Part shown: positions 8,697-16,515 of the stretch, one piece after another
Layout: every line of letters starts with the position of its first letter
How positions within the stretch are numbered: position 1 is the first letter of the stretch
DNA from: a virus
Lineage: Duplodnaviria > Heunggongvirae > Uroviricota > Caudoviricetes
Reading direction: 5' to 3' (one strand)
Virus record (IMG/VR): IMGVR_UViG_2537562019_000014
DNA length: 19,722 nt
Made by a program: the position numbers and the translations under genes
The notes under the pieces: model-generated
Database searches by the model: none
Told to the model about the DNA's origin: nothing
What the model saw: only the letters and a program-made list of their open reading frames with translations

Positions 8697-9293
8697 TCAT
8701 CTACCCTCAACCATGAATGATTTGATCGTTCCGACTATTTGGTGAACAAATTCAAGATCGCTTTTCCTGAAGATAGCGCGTTGTGAGTTTGTTCCATCCA
8801 GATAGTAATTTTCATCATCAAAACGGGCTAGGCGCTGGATAGTGATATTTCCTGCAGTATCACGAACCAGAACATCCTCGCCGGGGACCAGTTCCAGCGC
8901 AGAATCGACCAGGAGAAAATCGCCTGGCTGATAGTTTCCCTGCGTAAGATTGCTGATAGTTAACGCATACACAGTATTGCGCTGGCTGATGAATGGCAGG
9001 AATCGCTCAGTATTTGGAACCTGTCCCGGCTTCCACTCTTCATCAGGCCCACTTTCAGTTGTGCCAATAACAGGAATGCGATCAGGGTCATATTCTGTCC
9101 CATATAGCACCCAATGTACTGGCTTGCGTAAGCACTTAGCCAGGGCAATACCTATCTCCAGTGACGGCATTACGTCGCCACGTTCTAAGTTTTGGACGCC
9201 TGCTATAGAGATATCGACAGCCTCAGCAACTTCTCGCAACGTCAGCTTCATCTCTAAACGGCGTGCTTTCAGTCGTTCGCCTCGTGTTTTCAT
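8697..9293 (-). CDS. cB: CI-like prophage repressor (HTH N-terminal domain, LexA/CI-type C-terminal domain)
   Basis: 198-aa ORF divergent from a cro-like gene with operator palindromes between them; N-terminal XRE-type HTH (LTLREVAEAVDISIAGVQNLERG); position matches N15 cB. Confidence 0.8.
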   Translation of the reverse strand: MKTRGERLKARRLEMKLTLREVAEAVDISIAGVQNLERGDVMPSLEIGIALAKCLRKPVHWVLYGTEYDPDRIPVIGTTESGPDEEWKPGQVPNTERFLPFISQRNTVYALTISNLTQGNYQPGDFLLVDSALELVPGEDVLVRDTAGNITIQRLARFDDENYYLDGTNSQRAIFRKSDLEFVHQIVGTIKSFMVEGR

Positions 9294-9315
9294 ACTGTAA
9301 TCATAAATGATCTTC

Positions 9316-9357
9316 TTATAGCTGGCTATAAAATTTATTTATTATAGCTGGCTTTAA
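9316..9357. promoter_or_regulatory. Operator pair in the cB-cro divergent promoter region
   Basis: TTATAGC-TG-GCTATAA (9316-9331), a 16-bp near-palindrome, and a second imperfect copy TTATAGCTGGCTTTAA (9342-9357), 26 bp apart centre to centre. Confidence 0.5.
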
Positions 9358-9384
9358 TTATTGTTTATTGTTTATAATAACAAC

Positions 9385-9606
9385 ATGAAACCAGAAGAAC
9401 TTATTCGCCACTTTGGCAGTGTTGAAAAAGCAGCGGCAGGGGTAGGTGTAACACCCGGAGCTGTTTACCAATGGTTAACCGCTGGAGAGATTCCTTCATT
9501 GCGGCAAAGCGATATTGAAGTTCGTACTGCTTACAAGCTGAAGAGTGACTTTACAACTCGGCGGGTAAAGCAGTCGATTAAGGAGAGTCGTAAGCGTGGA
9601 GCTTGA
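9385..9606 (+). CDS. cro: Cro-like HTH regulator (73 aa from ATG 9385)
   Basis: Small HTH protein (GVTPGAVYQWLTAGEIP) divergent from cB; the ORF track begins at a TTG at 9361, ATG 9385 preferred. Confidence 0.65.
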   Translation: MKPEELIRHFGSVEKAAAGVGVTPGAVYQWLTAGEIPSLRQSDIEVRTAYKLKSDFTTRRVKQSIKESRKRGA

Positions 9607-10306
9607 GTATATACGCAGCTGCGTCTCTACGGCATTGGCTGATGTTCATTATCGCCAGCGTGGCATTCTGGAGGTCCAGCTTGAGCAGATGCGTCTCGGT
9701 AGATCAGGACGGTTTAACAATAAACCAGTCCGGTCAATCAGTGTGGGGGATGATAACTCATACGAAGTGTCCGTTCCCGCTGAGCCGGTTAGATTCCACC
9801 AGGGGAAAACATTTAAACAATCATCAATGTTGCTCACTGATATTGATTTTCAGAGCGCCAGCTGGCGCAGGGCTATTTGTCAGTTGAATAACGAGGAATC
9901 AGCCTGGCTTTATTATTGCTACGGATGCAAGCCTGACTACAACAATGATGTGATTGTTTGTCAGTGGTTATGGCTTGATTTTCTGGTTGCTCATTCGGGG
10001 GGCGGCTTTAAAAAAATGAAGGCCTCCACGAAAAAAGCCATGCGGAAATTGATTTATTACGCGGCACAGCAGGTTAAATCAGAACTTACGTGTGCTGAGG
10101 CAGTTGATGAGAGAGAACAGGACAGGCATCTGAGTTTTCTACTGAATATATCTATTGATAGCTGGAGACAAGATTATAAAGAACGCTGGCTTTTAATTAA
10201 GTCGCGATGTCTGAGCTTAAATCGAACCGCATTATTAAATGCGGCGGAGAAGCGCAGTGAAATCATCAAACGCCATCGGGCAGGAAGTGCCATTCTGCCT
10301 TTGTAA
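9596..10306 (+). CDS. 236-aa protein in the position of the N15 Q late-gene regulator; function not verifiable from sequence
   Basis: GTG start with AAGGAG RBS, overlaps the end of cro; synteny cB-cro-Q as in N15 immB; several Cys (YCYGC). Confidence 0.45.
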   Translation: MELEYIRSCVSTALADVHYRQRGILEVQLEQMRLGRSGRFNNKPVRSISVGDDNSYEVSVPAEPVRFHQGKTFKQSSMLLTDIDFQSASWRRAICQLNNEESAWLYYCYGCKPDYNNDVIVCQWLWLDFLVAHSGGGFKKMKASTKKAMRKLIYYAAQQVKSELTCAEAVDEREQDRHLSFLLNISIDSWRQDYKERWLLIKSRCLSLNRTALLNAAEKRSEIIKRHRAGSAILPL

Positions 10307-10559
10307 ACAAGTTATGTTCAGGAAACCGTCGAAGCCAGAATTAAGGTATTCGGGGGTAAGAAATGAATATGTCATCTGGTGTCCAACTTGCGGTTACAGG
10401 ACACGACCCGATAGTAATAAGCAGTCTGTAATTGCCGATTGGTATTTATCAAATCAGCCAGGTAATAAGCATATAGAAAATCTTTGGATTAAGCGTTATC
10501 TGGAAATTAGAGAGGGTGCGACCACGGTCGCACAAGAAAATGAAAATAACGCCATTTAA
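10257..10559 (+). CDS. Small putative zinc-ribbon protein (Cys pairs FCLC and CPTCG)
   Basis: GTG 10257 with GGAG RBS (alternative starts ATG 10239 or ATG 10316); overlaps the 3' end of the Q-position gene; contains centromere-like palindrome copy 2. Confidence 0.4.
   Translation: MKSSNAIGQEVPFCLCKQVMFRKPSKPELRYSGVRNEYVIWCPTCGYRTRPDSNKQSVIADWYLSNQPGNKHIENLWIKRYLEIREGATTVAQENENNAI
10516..10533. repeat. SopB-type centromere-like palindrome, copy 2
   Basis: GTGCGACCACGGTCGCAC, perfect 8-bp arms, inside the zinc-ribbon ORF. Confidence 0.55.
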
Positions 10560-10569
10560 ACAGGGGCCG

Positions 10570-10743
10570 ATGACGCATGATGAGGCAGAGCGTCTTTCAG
10601 ATACTTATCGGCGGCGTGGTAAGAAAGTTCTGGTTGTTCGTTCTGATTTTTTAGGTGATGGATATTGCGTTTATGTTCATTTACCTGAATCAGAAAGAGC
10701 ACCAAAACCATCCAGAACATATCAACAGAAGTTTTGGGCATAG
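10570..10743 (+). CDS. Hypothetical small protein (57 aa)
   Basis: ATG 11 nt after the upstream stop; no clear RBS; start uncertain (ORF track begins at 10516). Confidence 0.3.
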   Translation: MTHDEAERLSDTYRRRGKKVLVVRSDFLGDGYCVYVHLPESERAPKPSRTYQQKFWA

Positions 10744-10766
10744 ATAAACATTGAGGAGAATTATTC

Positions 10767-11366
10767 GTGACTAATCAGATAATTTACGACAGGAAACGGT
10801 CTGATGTAATGATTGACCTTGAAACAATGGGTACTAATACATGTGCTCCAATTGTTTCTATCGGGGCAGTGTTTTTTTCTCCTGAAAGTGAGGAATTAGG
10901 TGCCACTTTTTATGTACCAGTGAATCTCAGAAGCTCGATGTTAAATGGTGGTGTTGCCGATGGTGATACCATTTTATGGTGGTTGCGGCAGAGCAAGGAA
11001 GCCAGAGCCGCAATTTGTACTAATGATGCCCTTGATATTAATGATGCACTTTTTGAATTATCACACTTTATTACTTGCCATGCTTGTAATTTAAAAACAT
11101 TGAAAGTATGGGGAAATGGAGCAACGTTCGATAATGTAATTTTACGCGGCGCTTATGAGCGCGTTGGCTTATCCTGTCCGTGGGAATATTTTAATGATCA
11201 GGATGTTCGAACAATCGTTAATCTTGGTCAGTTTATTGGTTTTAATCCTAAAAAAGATATGCCATTTGATGGCGAACGACACAATGCCCTGGCTGATGCT
11301 ATTCATCAGGCTAAATATGTATCTGCAATTTTCTCCCGTCTTGTAAAAGGGCAAGGAGAATCGTAA
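10767..11366 (+). CDS. DEDDh-family (DnaQ-like) 3'-5' exonuclease
   Basis: GTG start with GAGGAG RBS; Exo I motif MIDLETMG near the N-terminus and C-terminal H-x4-D (ERHNALADA) typical of DEDDh exonucleases. Confidence 0.65.
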   Translation: MTNQIIYDRKRSDVMIDLETMGTNTCAPIVSIGAVFFSPESEELGATFYVPVNLRSSMLNGGVADGDTILWWLRQSKEARAAICTNDALDINDALFELSHFITCHACNLKTLKVWGNGATFDNVILRGAYERVGLSCPWEYFNDQDVRTIVNLGQFIGFNPKKDMPFDGERHNALADAIHQAKYVSAIFSRLVKGQGES

Positions 11367-11785
11367 TGGCAAAGGCTTTTACACCAGAACAGAGGGAAGA
11401 ACTGAATAAACAAATTGTGGAACTCGTGCGCCTGAATGGACGAGGAACGGTTAGGCAACTTGCGGATGAAACTGGTATTAGCCGGTGTGCTGTTAGTCGT
11501 TTATCAAGAGAGCTTGCTGCCAGTGGTGATTTGTATATCTCTGGCTCCGGGATATTTCTGTCTGCACAAGCACGCAAGGACTGGCAAAACGCCCGTAAAA
11601 AACTATCAAGAGTAAAGCCGAAGAAATCGGTAGTGGTTGATCCAGACCTTATCTGGTCATTACCTGACGGAGAAATACGTCGCTACGACAGGCGCCTGAA
11701 CATGATTTGTCACGATTGTCGGAAGAGCGAAGTTATGCAGCGTGTGTTGGCGTTTTATCAGGGAAATTTTCAGGAGGTGGCGTAG
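11366..11785 (+). CDS. Winged-helix/HTH-containing hypothetical protein (139 aa)
   Basis: AAGGAGAA RBS; start overlaps the upstream stop (TAATG); N-terminal HTH-like segment GTVRQLADETGISRCAVSRLSRELA. Confidence 0.6.
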   Translation: MAKAFTPEQREELNKQIVELVRLNGRGTVRQLADETGISRCAVSRLSRELAASGDLYISGSGIFLSAQARKDWQNARKKLSRVKPKKSVVVDPDLIWSLPDGEIRRYDRRLNMICHDCRKSEVMQRVLAFYQGNFQEVA

Positions 11786-12075
11786 TGAATATCGACACCA
11801 CGATAACGATCGATATGGCCCTAAATACCGGTCTGGCACTTCTCGGTTGGTTTTACATCATGTTCAGTGCGGGGAAGTGGGCGGCCTCTGTTTTTCTAAA
11901 GCAGTGGGGAAAGCGCCGCAAACAGGAAAAACGCCAGAAAGCGTTGGAGGCGTTCTATGACGCATTTGAACTTGGCCGCATTGAACCAGGTACAACAGCC
12001 AGGATAGCGACAAAAGGCGACCTGATGATAGTGATGTTCCGACAGGAGAGAGCAGAGAAAGGGGGATCAGCATGA
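11785..12075 (+). CDS. Small membrane protein (about 97 aa from GTG)
   Basis: GTG 11785 with AGGAGG RBS, overlapping the upstream stop (TAGTG); one predicted TM segment LALLGWFYIMF; the ORF track begins earlier at 11707. Confidence 0.45.
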   Translation: MNIDTTITIDMALNTGLALLGWFYIMFSAGKWAASVFLKQWGKRRKQEKRQKALEAFYDAFELGRIEPGTTARIATKGDLMIVMFRQERAEKGGSA

Positions 12076-12731
12076 AATTTTCCAAATTTTCTGAGTTGGT
12101 GAATCGTATTTTGTCCAACAACCACAGCCATCGTCGCGATATGGATGTAACAATCGTTGTTCATTCGCCTGGCAGCATTGGTTCAACACCTTCAGTTGAG
12201 GTTCAGTCAATTCACGCTGGTTTTGATTGGGATTCCGGGAAAGTGCTTATTTTCCCAACACAGCCACTGACCACGCTAACACCAGAACAGATTACTGATA
12301 TTACTGATAGTGTGCGCAAAGGTCAGTCTTGGCACGCATATCAGGAATATAAAAAGCATAAAGAGCAGTTGGAAAAATTGTCGATTGAGTTGGAATCAGC
12401 CAAAAATCACATAGCAGAACTGGAAGCCAAACCTGTAAGCCAAACTTACAAGTTAACTTTTGAGCAATGGCTGGAACAGCAGCATGACAAAATTGATGTT
12501 GATTGTGGATGTGTAAGTACAGAAATGCTTATGCACTGGATAAGGGTCGCGTATGAGGCTGGCAACTCTCCGGTAACTCCGGATGGTCATATTCAGTTTT
12601 CTGTTTCACTTCCTGCAGCATGTGGTGGAGATAAATATTTTATTGATGGTGTATTTCAACCTTTGAGATATGAGCGTGACTGTGAAAAAGCGGTTGTGGC
12701 CGCTGGCGGTGTAGTTAATTGGGTTAAGTAA
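12072..12731 (+). CDS. Hypothetical protein (219 aa), no recognisable domain
   Basis: ATG overlaps the upstream stop (ATGA); continues the coupled operon. Confidence 0.6.
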   Translation: MKFSKFSELVNRILSNNHSHRRDMDVTIVVHSPGSIGSTPSVEVQSIHAGFDWDSGKVLIFPTQPLTTLTPEQITDITDSVRKGQSWHAYQEYKKHKEQLEKLSIELESAKNHIAELEAKPVSQTYKLTFEQWLEQQHDKIDVDCGCVSTEMLMHWIRVAYEAGNSPVTPDGHIQFSVSLPAACGGDKYFIDGVFQPLRYERDCEKAVVAAGGVVNWVK

Positions 12732-12746
12732 TTTTCAGGAGGATTT

Positions 12747-13073
12747 ATGGCGCTGACAGCTGCAGAACGGCAAAGGAGACGCAGGGAACGGTTGAAGAAG
12801 GAAGGCACATCAAGACGGGACTGGATTCTGGAACCTGACGAGTTACGTATGTTGGGGGAAATTTGTGTATTGCGTAGACCAGGGCGAGTTCCATATTCAG
12901 AGAACGAAGTCATCGGACTGCTGATCAGGAAAAACTATAAGGAGTTGCAGAAACAGCTATCTACTACTTGTCCGCGATGTGGTCAAAGAATGCCTGTTTC
13001 AGAATGCATTTTTGATGGTGAAGGCTCATGCCACCTTACAACCACGAGGCTGAAACTTGCGCTCAAAGTGTGA
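12747..13073 (+). CDS. Hypothetical protein with Arg-rich N-terminus and a Cys/His cluster (108 aa)
   Basis: Strong AGGAGG RBS; N-terminus MALTAAERQRRRRERLKKEG suggests nucleic-acid binding; CPRCG...C..H near the C-terminus. Confidence 0.55.
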   Translation: MALTAAERQRRRRERLKKEGTSRRDWILEPDELRMLGEICVLRRPGRVPYSENEVIGLLIRKNYKELQKQLSTTCPRCGQRMPVSECIFDGEGSCHLTTTRLKLALKV

Positions 13074-13244
13074 CTGGTCACGGAGGGGTAAATGGACAAA
13101 AAGGCATTGCTTTTTGAAATGATACGAAAACGGAGCGAAAAGAGCTTTTCTGATGGTGGTGATGGGCTTTTGGAAGTGGTTGGGCGAGGCGCAGGAAGGG
13201 AACATAAGTATCGGACTACAAAGATATTTAACCAGTTAATCCAT

Positions 13245-13291
13245 TGAAAGCTGGCTATAAAATTTGAGTTTTACCCTGTAATTTTATACAG
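13245..13291. promoter_or_regulatory. Operator-like half-site plus LexA (SOS) box upstream of a small gene
   Basis: AGCTGGCTATAAAATTT (13245-13263) repeats the immB operator right half; CTGT-AATTTTAT-ACAG at 13276-13291 fits the LexA box consensus CTGT-N8-ACAG. Confidence 0.55.
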
Positions 13292-13315
13292 TATCAAATA
13301 ACCTTTTTTAATTAA

Positions 13316-13534
13316 ATGGTATTAGATTCAATGACTGAAGCACCTGTATCAACTCTTGAAGAACTCGGATCAAACCTAAAAGACATCGACGCCGTTTTGG
13401 ATCTGGTTAGCGTTGCTCTGGCTTCTCCAGAAGCCAGCTTGCATCTTGGCGAGATTTCACGACTTGTTAGTATGTCGCGGGAGATAGCTCAGAATTGCCA
13501 ACAAGTTATTGCTGTTGAGAGTTTACATCATTGA
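13316..13534 (+). CDS. Small acidic protein downstream of the LexA box; candidate antirepressor-type immA gene
   Basis: 72-aa ORF (alternative start ATG 13331); sits behind an SOS box and an operator-like motif; followed by a convergent hairpin. Confidence 0.4.
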   Translation: MVLDSMTEAPVSTLEELGSNLKDIDAVLDLVSVALASPEASLHLGEISRLVSMSREIAQNCQQVIAVESLHH

Positions 13535-13577
13535 TACACACCCCGCCCTTCCGGACGGGGTAGCGAAAAGGGTCTAA

Positions 13578-13865
13578 TCAATAGACGGCATTAATATTAA
13601 TCGTTGCACCGCATGCTTGGGCATATTTTGATAAAGTTTTCATGCTTGCCCCTAAAGGATTGCTTTCCAGGCGGCTGATAGCTGACGGGCGCAATCCCAT
13701 TCGTTCAGCCAGAGCTGACTTCGTTAAACCTGCTCTTTCCCTCATTTCGTATAACATTTCGACCATCTCCAGCTCTTTATCGGCCTCTTCATATCCTTTG
13801 ATGGCTTCTGGAGTGTTGAGAAGTTTTTCTTTTACTTCGTTAAACGGGATGCCTTTCGCTTTCAT
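13578..13865 (-). CDS. HTH (XRE-type) antitoxin, HigA-like
   Basis: 95-aa ORF with C-terminal HTH (LTKSALAERMGLRPSAISRLE); start overlaps the stop of the upstream toxin-like reading frame (TGATG). Confidence 0.7.
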   Translation of the reverse strand: MKAKGIPFNEVKEKLLNTPEAIKGYEEADKELEMVEMLYEMRERAGLTKSALAERMGLRPSAISRLESNPLGASMKTLSKYAQACGATININAVY

Positions 13866-14175
13866 CAGTTCATCTCCTTCAGGCGAGTTCTGGCGATTTC
13901 GATAGCCTTCACCGGTGTTTTCTGTGTCTTTTTTACAAATGCATGCAATAGATAAATTTCGTTACCAGTCGCGTAGGCGTACAGCGTTCTTGCGATGTTT
14001 TTTTCCCCTACTCGTATTCAAAAAGCCCTCCACCTATTACACGGCTATGGGGCATCTTCAGTTTGTTGCCTTCTTTCTCCAGTCGCTCAATTAATCTGGT
14101 CATGCGACCTCGCAAATCATCTGGTAGTTCAAGCAGTTCATCCAGTGCTGCAGGGTGGGTTATCACGTTAAACAT
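13865..14175 (-). pseudogene. HigB/RelE-like toxin (Gp49 family) disrupted by a 1-nt frameshift
   Basis: ATG 14175 with GGAGG RBS; frame stops at TAG 14008-14010 after ...GGGLFEYE; the -1 frame continues GEKNIARTLYAYATGNEIYLLHAFVKKTQKTP...; restoring one nt near 14014-14016 gives a contiguous ~103-aa toxin. Confidence 0.6.
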
Positions 14176-14233
14176 ATTATAGCCTCCATATCCATAAAAT
14201 ACACCAAAACAAGAAAACAGCGCAAATTAAAAA

Positions 14234-14251
14234 TTTCACTAAAAAGTGAAA
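14234..14251. promoter_or_regulatory. Palindromic operator candidate upstream of the toxin-antitoxin operon
   Basis: TTTCACT-AAAA-AGTGAAA perfect 7-bp inverted repeat, 59 bp upstream of the toxin start. Confidence 0.4.
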
Positions 14252-14340
14252 AATAACACTGGATGTGTTCGTTTGGCAGAGTTACAGTTCGTGTCATTGA
14301 GGGGCAATAACCCACTAACTATATGAATTTGGAGGATATT

Positions 14341-14562
14341 ATGAATTATCAAGGTAACGAAAAAATGCGCGACGACGTTGCGGAGATAGCTAACGAACTG
14401 TATGAGTTGTGGCAGAAGGTTGAACGTTTCGAAAAGGAATATGGTTTCAACAGTACCAACCTAGCAGACCGACTGGCTGGTCGCTTAGTTGGGACTATGG
14501 GGCCAAAACTGGCTGAGTTGAACCGCTTTATGGCTGATGTTGATTTCCAGTTTCAAGATTGA
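14341..14562 (+). CDS. Hypothetical protein (73 aa)
   Basis: ATG 14341 with GGAGG RBS and 5-nt spacer (the track start at 14323 has no RBS). Confidence 0.5.
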   Translation: MNYQGNEKMRDDVAEIANELYELWQKVERFEKEYGFNSTNLADRLAGRLVGTMGPKLAELNRFMADVDFQFQD

Positions 14563-14575
14563 TTAGAGAGGCGTT

Positions 14576-14803
14576 ATGAATATTAATGAAATTCGTGGAA
14601 ATATGACTGAAGCGGCCCTGAGTGTGGAATGTGTTATGCGTGGATACCCACGCATTTCCCTGAAAGAGTTAAGCGAAGCCTGTTTTTTGAGTCAGGCTGC
14701 CGTTGAATTTATCATCGAACAGATGATCTGTTTTGGGATTGCAAAGCGTAGCGGGTCTGGTCGATATTCTTTGACCGATGAATATAAGCAGGCAACTTTC
14801 TAA
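14576..14803 (+). CDS. Small winged-helix-like protein (75 aa)
   Basis: GAGAGG RBS; HTH-like segment ISLKELSEACFLSQAAVEFIIEQMICFGIAKRSG. Confidence 0.5.
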   Translation: MNINEIRGNMTEAALSVECVMRGYPRISLKELSEACFLSQAAVEFIIEQMICFGIAKRSGSGRYSLTDEYKQATF

Positions 14804-14806
14804 AAA

Positions 14807-14828
14807 CTGTGCGACCACGGTCGCACAG
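14807..14828. repeat. SopB-type centromere-like palindrome, copy 3 (extended to 10-bp arms)
   Basis: CTGTGCGACC-AC-GGTCGCACAG immediately after the stop of the preceding gene and upstream of the late-region hairpins. Confidence 0.55.
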
Positions 14829-14845
14829 CACAAAAACGAAAAAGC

Positions 14846-14874
14846 TTGGCAAAATGACGGTTTTTAGTTATTGT
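14846..14874 (+). promoter_or_regulatory. Candidate late promoter
   Basis: TTGGCA, 17-nt spacer, TATTGT; located upstream of a terminator and of the methylase/lysis/terminase genes, analogous to lambda PR'-tR'. Confidence 0.3.
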
Positions 14875-14911
14875 TTTGTTAAGTTGGGTTTTTTGTACCC
14901 AACAGCTAACA

Positions 14912-14935
14912 AGCCGCCTTTATGGCGGTTTTTTT
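14912..14935 (+). terminator. Intrinsic terminator (tR'-like) ahead of the late genes
   Basis: AGCCGCC-TTTAT-GGCGG stem followed by T7. Confidence 0.6.
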
Positions 14936-15070
14936 GTGCCTGAAAAGTGGGCGCAGGACAAGTTGCAGCTTGTCCTGCGGTCAACCCATGCCAGAGCTAT
15001 AGGCTGAACCTAAAGCCCACCCGCGATGCGCATCGCCGGGTTAGCTTACCCAGGCAAAAAAATAATAGCT

Positions 15071-16147
15071 ATGTTCAAAACCACTAATATTCATGGCGCG
15101 CAACTCGTTTGCGCAGATTCTCTGCAATTTATCAAAACCATCCCTGATAACTCGGTCAATTTGATTGCAACAGACCCACCATACTTCGGCGTAAAGGCTA
15201 ACGCATGGGATAACCAGTGGGATAGCGATGCTGACTTTTTGGGGTGGATTGACGAATTTTTGGCAGAATTTTGGCGGATATTGGCCCCTAATGGCAGCCT
15301 GTATATGTTTACCGGCTCTCGCCTTGCGTCAAAAATTGAATTATTAACTCGCGACCGTTTCAATGTTCTGAACCATATCATTTGGGCTAAACCCAGTGGT
15401 ATGTGGCGCGGTTGTCATAAAGAAAGTTTAAGGGCTTATTTTCCTGCTACTGAAAGAATATTATTTGCAGAGCATTACGGCGCGTCAGGTTATGCGAAAG
15501 GTCAGTCAGGTTATGCTTCAAAATGTGCAGATTTAAGAAAAAATATTTTTTCTCCACTAATTGATGCTTTTTCGCTGGCTCGCCGTCAGTTAGATATATC
15601 AGCCGCAGACATTAATTCAGCGACAGGAAAGCAGATGTGTTCACACTGGTTTTCTTATTCGCAGTGGCGGCTTCCATCATTAATTGATTTTAATAAACTA
15701 TGCGAATTATTTCGCAGGAAGGCAGATTCACTCGGTGTCCAGTGTCCATATCCTTTTAATGTTGATTATTCAGAACATGAAAAGCGTTATAGCGATCTGA
15801 AATTACATTATGAGGAAGTAAAGAAGCAGTATGATGATTTGAAGGTGCAGTATGAAAATTTACGCCGTCCATTTCATGTTACTGCTGATGTACCTTATAC
15901 CGATGTATGGGAGTTTCCTCCTGTGCAATATTATCCTGGCAAGCACCCATGTGAAAAACCTGCAGCGATGATGGAACATATTATAAAGAGTAGTTCACGC
16001 CCCGGAGATATCGTTGCCGATTTCTTTATGGGATCAGGCTCAACTATTAAAGCTGCGCTGAAGTTAGGACGTCAGGCAATAGGTATTGAGATTGAGAGCG
16101 AACGTTATCTTCAGACAGTTGATGAAGTGAAAAAGTTATTTGAGTAA
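15071..16147 (+). CDS. DNA methyltransferase (N6-adenine/N4-cytosine class), no cognate restriction enzyme seen
   Basis: DPPY catalytic motif near the N-terminus (LIATDPPYFG) and AdoMet-binding FxGxG (FFMGSGST) near the C-terminus; ATG 15071 preferred over 15026, which lies inside a palindrome. Confidence 0.8.
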   Translation: MFKTTNIHGAQLVCADSLQFIKTIPDNSVNLIATDPPYFGVKANAWDNQWDSDADFLGWIDEFLAEFWRILAPNGSLYMFTGSRLASKIELLTRDRFNVLNHIIWAKPSGMWRGCHKESLRAYFPATERILFAEHYGASGYAKGQSGYASKCADLRKNIFSPLIDAFSLARRQLDISAADINSATGKQMCSHWFSYSQWRLPSLIDFNKLCELFRRKADSLGVQCPYPFNVDYSEHEKRYSDLKLHYEEVKKQYDDLKVQYENLRRPFHVTADVPYTDVWEFPPVQYYPGKHPCEKPAAMMEHIIKSSSRPGDIVADFFMGSGSTIKAALKLGRQAIGIEIESERYLQTVDEVKKLFE

Positions 16148-16242
16148 CTGGAGAATATATTCCCCTGCCGTTTTTGGTAGGGGTTATTTTTGCCATATAG
16201 TTTCCAAGCCGAAACCTCAGCAACTATTGCGAGGTAAGAGAT

Positions 16243-16515
16243 ATGAAGATGGATGAACGATACAGCAGTGCATCTTATGGTAGCGCTGGTCTTGCTGCGT
16301 TCTTTGCCAGCCTGTCATTGCAGGATTGGGGCTTCATTATCGGTGTCGCGTTCAGCATTATCCTCGGTGTGCTTACATACCGGCTCAATAAACGCGAGCA
16401 GATGAAGCGCACGAAGATATTGCAGGACATATTGGATAAAACTGATGCCAATAATATTTCTGCCACGGCGATGGTTATTGGTGAATTGGGAAAGAGAGCA
16501 CCGAAGGAAATATGA
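16243..16515 (+). CDS. Holin, phage-21 S-type pinholin-like
   Basis: 90 aa with two hydrophobic segments; pattern [10 protein letters not shown]...[12 protein letters not shown] resembles the S21 pinholin; directly precedes a SAR endolysin. Confidence 0.6.
   Translation: MKMDERYSSASYGSAGLAAFFASLSLQDWGFIIGVAFSIILGVLTYRLNKREQMKRTKILQDILDKTDANNISATAMVIGELGKRAPKEI

Noticed and set aside
8950-9300. 116-aa plus-strand ORF
   Set aside because: Entirely antisense to the cB repressor gene.
13091-13207. 38-aa ORF with an RBS after the 108-aa gene
   Set aside because: Too short and unconserved-looking to call; an initial hand translation gave 51 aa but rechecking showed an earlier stop.
15026-15070. 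Upstream ATG start for the methyltransferase given by the ORF track
   Set aside because: It lies inside the GCGATGCGCATCGC palindrome with no RBS; ATG 15071 preferred, though the start remains uncertain.
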